Origin: Mayamaea pseudoterrestris
Lineage: Eukaryota
Length of the DNA stretch: 64,000 bases
Assembly: GCA_027923505.1 (NCBI GenBank)
Contig: BROI01000012.1
Location: 744,001-808,000 of the forward strand
Reading direction: 5' to 3'
This document shows, piece after piece, positions 57,121 through 64,000 of this stretch (its first letter is position 1; every line of letters begins with the position of its first letter). The position numbers and the translations under genes were made by a program. The notes beneath the pieces are model-generated. The model was given only the letters and a program-made list of their open reading frames with translations. It was not told the origin of the DNA and ran no database searches.

Positions 57121-58662
57121 CTATACATTGAACTGCCTCTTGAGCTTCTTCAAAATATTGTATTCACGTCCTGGAAACTGCTCCAACACTTGCTTGATCT
57201 CTTCCACTCGCTCAGGAGCAAATTCTTCGGTAATGGCAATGCATTGCTCCGCCGGACTCTTTCGCTCAGGTCGCGGTGAAAACGATTCTCGCATTGCACC
57301 AAAGTCAGGCTTTTCGTCCGTCCATATCCGCCATGTTCGGCTCTCATCATGAATTCGCAGCGACAAGTCTCCATCCGGAGAGTTACGCGCCTGCTCCAGC
57401 AAGGCATCCGCCGTGGCAAAGTCCTTTTCCCGCCGAGCCACGTCGCGCTGCGCCAGTAGCCCATTCACCAAGTCTACATTGACGCAAGCATCATTCTCCT
57501 GCGTCGTTGGAATCATTTGCCAACCCTTTGGCTCGCCCCATCGCCCACTACCTTTAATGTCTTGAATTGTCTGAGGAATAGACTTGCCGTCTATATTGGT
57601 CCACCACATTTTGAGCCGGTCGTCAATGTGCACACCGTGCTCCTTCTTGAGCTGCTCGCGAATCTCGTCCGACAAGGCATAGTCCTTTCGTCGGCGGGCA
57701 AAATCACGCTCCTTTATCAGGACTCTCACTGAAGTTTCCTCGTGAGGCGACAGTGGGCTACTTTCGTCGGCGCATTTCCATTTTGTTGGTGGCGTTGGAC
57801 CTTTTATGTTCCCGCGTGAGCTAGACGCCGACAATGTAGCACCAGCCTTTCCTTCCTGCAAGTCCTTTCGAACAGCCAGAGTCGCTCCATGAAGTAAATG
57901 TTGCGGCATGACTTTAATTGCCTTGGCCGCCATGTCTGTCGTTTCGTACTGCACAATGCCATGCCCCTTGCTGGCGCCCGTCTCTGGATCACTGCTCACC
58001 GACGCAAAGACAACTTCACCCGCCAAGCGGAAATGGTCCTTCAAGTCTTGCCAAGACGTTTCTGGTGCCAAATTCATGACGAAGACGCGAGTGCCGCGAA
58101 AGTCTTCGCGAAACGTTCTGGAAGCAGAACTGTCGGCACCAGTGAAAGCATCGTTTCGATCCATCCACGAGGACTTTGGAGATACTTGCTGCGGTCTTGA
58201 TGCTCTGCTGCTACTGGCGCTGCGAGATGTTGGAGTGTCATTAGGAGTAGGTGCTCGTTGTTTTTTAGTAAATGCCTTTGGTTTAGCTGCTTGAATTTTA
58301 ATGTCTCCGTCGTCGCCAAAGTCAATCGAAAAGTCGGGCACCGAGTCGTCGGCTTCAAACTGTTTGGATGGCCGGCCAGACTCGTCCTTGACGTACGGTG
58401 TGTAAAACTTGTCAGTCTCTTCATCGTTACTGCTTCTATCTTCGTTGTCATTATCGACAATTGTGAATTCAGGAGGCGGCGAACGATTGTCTGACTGCTG
58501 TAGAAAGGAACATGGTCGGTAGCTGCGCGTTGATGTCAATGGCGTTCCAATGCCTCGACGGCTTGACAGCAGCAGAGACGCGACAGATGATGGGGTAAAT
58601 CCTCTAGAAGACTTCATCAGTCGTAGCAACATCATGGACATGTTCAATCGGCTAATGTTCAT
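57121..58662 (-). CDS. RNA-binding protein: RRM plus two CysRS C-terminal-like helical repeats
   Basis: RVFVMNLAPETSWQDLKDHF...GHGIVQY (RRM); ERDFARRRKDYALSDEIREQL and QRDVARREKDFATADAL; Arg/Ser-rich presequence-like N-terminus. Confidence 0.85.
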   Translation of the reverse strand: MNISRLNMSMMLLRLMKSSRGFTPSSVASLLLSSRRGIGTPLTSTRSYRPCSFLQQSDNRSPPPEFTIVDNDNEDRSSNDEETDKFYTPYVKDESGRPSKQFEADDSVPDFSIDFGDDGDIKIQAAKPKAFTKKQRAPTPNDTPTSRSASSSRASRPQQVSPKSSWMDRNDAFTGADSSASRTFREDFRGTRVFVMNLAPETSWQDLKDHFRLAGEVVFASVSSDPETGASKGHGIVQYETTDMAAKAIKVMPQHLLHGATLAVRKDLQEGKAGATLSASSSRGNIKGPTPPTKWKCADESSPLSPHEETSVRVLIKERDFARRRKDYALSDEIREQLKKEHGVHIDDRLKMWWTNIDGKSIPQTIQDIKGSGRWGEPKGWQMIPTTQENDACVNVDLVNGLLAQRDVARREKDFATADALLEQARNSPDGDLSLRIHDESRTWRIWTDEKPDFGAMRESFSPRPERKSPAEQCIAITEEFAPERVEEIKQVLEQFPGREYNILKKLKRQFNV

Positions 58663-58769
58663 GGTGACAAATGATGCTATTTTGATGTCGAATTTCTTTG
58701 GAAAATGATTGGTGCGCGCCGGAACGAGGCCTCTCGAAAAGTACCTCCATCCCTAACTATTTCATCCAA

Positions 58770-61700
58770 CTGCACTTTTTTGGCTGCAGGGATCATCAGC
58801 ATTGCCGGGTGAGCCCTACAATTGCTGTCATGATGGGCCATATGTTGGTCAGTAGCACCTCAGTATCTATCACCTAATATACCATGGTGAGACTCAGCAG
58901 GTCCAACAAGTTGTTGGATCCGCTAGCGGTGCACCTCAAGTGGCAAGTCAGACTTCCAAAATGGCCTGCAGACACCAGATACAACAGACATGGAATTTAA
59001 CATTAAATTGGACTCATAGATTTGTCCATTTGCATGTGGAACCCATCACTATGCCCTGAGACTCCGCACATTCAACAACTGGTTGAATGAGCCAGCACTG
59101 CACCCTTTTTAGCTGCAGGGGTCATCAGCATTGCCGACTGAGCCCTCCAATTGCTTTCAAACTATGCTTTTTGTCATGATGGACCATACGTTGGTCAGTA
59201 GAACCTCAGTATCCACCACCAAATATGCCATGGTGAGACTCAGCAGGTCCAACAAGTTGTTGGATCTGCTAGCGGTGCACCTCAAGTGGCAGGTCAGGCT
59301 TCCAAAATGGCCTGCAGACATTAGAATACAACAGACATGGAATTTAACAGTGAATGGGACTCATAGATTTGTCAGTTTGGGTGTGGAAATCATCACTATG
59401 CCCTGAGACTCCGCACATTCAACAAATGGTTGATGTGCCAGCACTGCTCCCATTTTGGCTGCAGGGATCATCAGCATTGCTCGCTGAGCCCTTCAATTTC
59501 TTTCAAATCATGTGTCGTGTCAATGCTGGGCCATAAGATGGTCAGTTGCACCTCAGCATCCATTGCCATGTATGCCACGGTGAGACTGGGCAGATCCAAC
59601 AACTTGTTGGATCTGCTAGCGGTGCACCTCAAGTGGCAAGTGAGACTTCCAAGATGGCCTGCAGACCCCATAATACAACCCATTTGGACTTGAGCAATGA
59701 ATGGGACTCATAGACTTGTCCATTTGGGCATGGAAGCCATCACTATGCCCTGAGACTGCGCACATTCAACCAATGGTTGAAAGTGCCAGCCCTGCTCCCA
59801 TTTTGGCTGCAGGGATCATCAGCGTTGCCCGCTGAGCCCTCCAATTTCTTTCAAATCATGTGTGTTGTCAATGCTGGGCCATAAGTTGGTCAGTTGCACC
59901 TCAGCATCCATCACCATGTACGCCACGGTGAGACTGGGCAGATCCAACAACTTGTTGGATCTGCTAGCGGTGCACCTCAAGTGGCAAGTGAGACTTTCAA
60001 AATGGCCCGCAGACCCCATAATACACCCAATATGGACTTGAACAATGAGTGGGACTCATAGACTTGTCCATTTGGGCATGGAAACCATCACTATGCCCTG
60101 AGACTGCGCACATTCACAGTCAACCAAAGGTTGAAGGTGCCAGCCCTGCTCCCATTTTGGCTGCAGGGATCATCGGCATTGCCCACTGAGCCCTCCAATT
60201 TCTTTCAGATCATGTTTGTTGTCAATGATGGGCCATAAGTTGGTTAGTTGCATCTCAGCATCCATCACTGTGTACGCCACAGTGAGAATGGGCAGATCCA
60301 ACAACTTGTTGGATCTGCTAGCGGTGCACCTCAAGTGGCAATTGAGACTTCCAAAATGGCCTGCAGACCCCATAGTACAACCAATATGGACTTGAACAAT
60401 GAATGAGACTCATAGACTTGTCCATTTGGGCATTGAAGCCATCACCATGCCCTGAGACTGCGCACATTCAACCAATAGTTGAATGTGCCAGCACTGCTCC
60501 CATTTTGGCTACAGGGATCATCAGCAGCGCCCGCTGAGCCTACAATTTCTTTCAAATCATGTGTGTTGTCAATAATGGGCCATAAGTTGGTCAGTTGCAC
60601 CTCAGCAACCATCACCATGTATGCCACGGTGAGACTGGGCAGATCCAACAACTTGTTGGATCTGCTAGTGGTGCACCTCAAGTGGCAAGTGAGACTTTCC
60701 AAAAAATGACGTGCAGACCCCATAATACAACCAATATGGACTTGAACATTGATCTCAACTCATAGAATTGTCCATCTGGGTGTGAAAGCCATCACTTTTG
60801 CCCTGAGACTGTGCACATTCAACCAATGGTTGCATGTGCCAGCCCTGCTCCCTATTTGACTGCAGGTATCATCAGCATTGCCCACTGAGCCCCTCTATTC
60901 CTTTCAAATCACGTGTGTTGTCAATGCTGGGACATAAGTTGGTCAGTTGCACCTCAGCATCCATCACCATGTATGCCACGGCGAGACTGGGCAGATCCAA
61001 CAACTTGTTGGATCTGCTAGCGGTGCACCTCAAGTGGCAAGTGAGACTTCCAAGATGGCCTGCAGACCCCATAATACAACCCATTTGGACTTGATCAATG
61101 AATGGGACTCATAGACTTGTCCATTTGGGTGTTGAACCCATCACTATGCCCTGAGACTGTGCACATTCAACCAATAGTTGAATGTGCCAGCACTGCTCCC
61201 ATTTTGGCTGCAGGGATCATCAGCATTGCTTGCTGAGCCCTTCAATTTCTTTCATATCATGTGTCTTGTCAATGTTGGGCATAAGCTGGTCAGTTGCACC
61301 TCAGCATCCATCACTATGTACGCCACAGTGAGAATGGGCAGAACCAACATCTTGTTGGATATGCTAGTGGTGCACCTCAAGTGGCAAGTGAGACTTTCCA
61401 AAAAATGACCTGCAGACCCCATAATACTACCAATATGGACTTGAACATTGATCTCAACTCATAGACATGTCCATCTGGGTGTCACAGCCATCACTTTGCC
61501 CTGAGACTGTGCACATTCAACCAATGGTTGAATGTGCCAGCCCTGCACCCTTTTTGACTGCAGGTATCATCGGCATTGCCTGCTGAGCCCTCCAATTCCT
61601 TTCAAATCATGTGTGTTGTCAATGATGGGCCATAAGTTGGTCAGTTGCACCTCAGCATCCATTGCCATGTATGCCACGGTGAGACCAAGCAGATCCAACA

Positions 61701-62690
61701 ACTTGTTGGATCTGCTAGCGGTGCATCTCAAGTGGCAAGTGAGACTTCCAAGATGGCCTGCAGACCCCATAATACAACCCATTTGGACTTGAGCAATGAA
61801 TGGGACTCATAGACTTGTCCATTTGGGCATGGAAGCCATCACTATGCCCTGAGACTGCGCACATTCAACCAATGGTTGAATGTGCCAGCCCTGCTCCCAT
61901 TTTGGCTGCAGGGATCATCAGCGTTGCCCGCTGAGCCCTCCAATTTCTTTCAAATCATGTGTGTTGTCAATGCTGGGCCATAAGTTGGTCAGTTGCACCT
62001 CAGCATCCATCACCATGTACGCCACGGTGAGACTGGGCAGATCCAACATCTTGTTGGATATGCTAGTGGTGCACCTCAAGTGGCAAGTGAGACTTTCCAA
62101 AAAATGACCTGCAGACCCCATAATACTACCAATATGGACTTGAACATTGATCTCAACTCATAGACATGTCCATCTGGGTGTCACAGCCATCACTTTGCCC
62201 TGAGACTGTGCACATTCAACCAATGGTTGAATGTGCCAGCCCTGCACCCTTTTTGACTGCAGGTATCATTGGCATTGCCTGCTGAGCCCTCCAATTCCTT
62301 TCAAATCATGTGTGTTGTCAATGATGGGCCATAAGTTGGTCAGTTGCACCTCAGCATCCATCGCCATGTATGCCACGGTGAGACCAAGCAGATCAAACAA
62401 CTTGTTGGATCTGCTAGCGGTGCACCTCAAGTGGCAAGTGAGACTTCCAAGAAGGCCTGCAGACCCCATAATACAACCCATTTAGTCTTGAGCAATGAAT
62501 GAAAATCATAGACTTGTCCATTTGGGTGTTGAACCCATCAATATGCCCTGAGACTGTGCACATTCAACCAATGGTTGAATGTGCCAGTTCTGCTCCCATT
62601 TTGGCTGCAGGGATCATCAGCATGAGCCCTCTGATCCCTTTCAAATCATGTTTGTTGTTGATAATGGGCCATAAGTTGGTCAGTTGCATC
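58770..62690. repeat. Satellite A: about 11 tandem copies of a ~348-bp unit
   Basis: The landmark GATCCAACAACTTGTTGGATCTGCTAGCGGTGCACCTCAAGTGGCAAG recurs about every 350 bp from about 58900 to about 62400; CpG-poor and TG/CA-rich. Confidence 0.97.
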
Positions 62691-64000
62691 TATCCTGATT
62701 GCCATGGCATGTTTAGAATCATGCTAGCAAGGTTGGATTATTACATAAATCCTGGCTGAAACTTTGCTGTGCTTGGCACATGAAACACTCTACTTGTTTC
62801 AGTCTCAGTCACACCACAGCCACTGCCAGAATAGCTGCTGTTTTCAAAGTTCCAAGCCTTGGACCTTGTCAAGAACCTTCTGCGGATTGCAGTAGCAGGT
62901 TCAGATTCTTGGTGGCCAGGTTGCATCACTATACAAATCCCATCTGAATCTTTGATGTGGTGTAACCACTTGGAGGACCCTACTTGCTATATTCACGCAT
63001 AACCACTGGCTGACTGGCTTCCAAATTGGAACATCTCAACCTTTGACTTTGTCAAACATCTTATCCTGATTGCCATGGCATGCTCAGAATCATGCTAGCA
63101 AGGTGGGATCATCACATAAATCCCAACTGAAACTTTGCTGTGCTTGGCACATGGAACACCCTACTTGTTTCAGTCTCAGTCACACCACAGCCACTGCCAG
63201 AATAGCTGCTGTTTTCAAAGTTCCAAGCCTTGGACCTTGTCAAGAACCTTCTGCGGATTGCAGTAGCAGGTTCAGATTCTTGGTGGCCAGGTTGCATCAC
63301 TATACAAATCCCATCTGAATCTTTGACATGGTGGAACCACTTGGAGGACCCTACTTGCTATATTCACGCATAACCACTGGCTGACTAACTTCCAAATTGG
63401 AACATCTCAACCTTTGACTTTGTCAAACATCTTATCCTGATTGCCATGGCATGCACAGAATCATGCTAGCAAGGTGGGATCATCACATAAATCCCAACTG
63501 AAACTTTGCTGTGCTTGGCACATGGAACACCCTACTTGTTTCAGTCTCATTCCCACCTCAGCCACTGCCAGAATAGCTGCTGTTTACAAAGTTCCAAGCC
63601 TTGGACCTTGTCAAGCACCTTCTGCGGATTGCAGCAGCAGGTTCAGATTCTTGGTGGCCAGGTTGCATCACTATACAAATCCCATCTGAATCTTTGATGT
63701 GGTGTAACCACTTGGAGGACCCTACTTGCTATATTCACACATAACCACTGGCTGACTAGCTTCCAAATTGGAACATCTCAACCAATGACTTTGTCAAACA
63801 TCTTTTCCTGATTGCCATGGCATGCTCAGAATCATGCTAGCAAGGTGGGATCATCACATAAATCCCAACTGAAACTTTGCTGTGCTTGGCACATGGAACA
63901 CCCTACTTGTTTCAGTCTCAGTCACACCACAGCCACTGCCAGAATAGCTGCTGTTTTCAAAGTTCCAAGCCTTGGACCTTGTCAAGAACCTTCTGCGGAT
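62691..64000. repeat. Satellite B: 371-bp tandem repeat, about 3.5 copies, truncated by window end
   Basis: T(A/T)TCCTGATTGCCATGGCATG at 62691, 63062, 63433 and 63804. Confidence 0.97.

Noticed and set aside
59131..63697. Many 60-93-aa ORFs in the satellites
   Set aside because: Stops occur in the frames examined, indels differ between copies, 371 is not a multiple of three, and no protein motif was recognised.

Overview
Gene-dense eukaryotic nuclear DNA from a diatom. The evidence is a fucoxanthin-chlorophyll protein gene with an ASAAAFAP presequence, bipartite plastid-targeting peptides and short GT-AG introns; the species cannot be determined from sequence. Bases 1 to about 58.7 kb carry about 30 protein-coding genes: SulP/STAS/cNMP transporter, CDK5RAP1/MiaB, DHHC acyltransferase, TPR protein, Mpo1-like, an extended mitochondrial-carrier fusion, SPCS2, NUZM/NDUFA7-like, Lhcf, SAP-DEAD-box helicase, sulfotransferase-like, CWC22, two PLAC8 genes, EMG1, HIBADH, MsrB-like, VPS28, BASS transporter, TMEM185-like, an RRM/CysRS-C-like protein, and orphans. 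Three intergenic minisatellite arrays lie near gene starts: two related 42-bp TGACG arrays, and a 50-bp array ending in a Helitron-like hairpin plus CTAG. From about 58.77 kb the sequence switches abruptly to CpG-poor satellite DNA: about 11 copies of a ~348-bp unit, then a 371-bp satellite running off the window edge. Most notable: (i) the 348-bp satellite is a dimer of ~175-bp halves, each with a perfect 27-bp palindrome, and all arm differences between the two palindromes are compensatory; (ii) a ~1000-aa carrier protein with apparent plastid plus twin-arginine targeting and GxGY beta-repeats; (iii) the dispersed promoter-proximal 42-bp TGACG arrays. No rRNA, tRNA or CRISPR array was recognised. 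All assignments are from motif recognition by eye; no searches were run.
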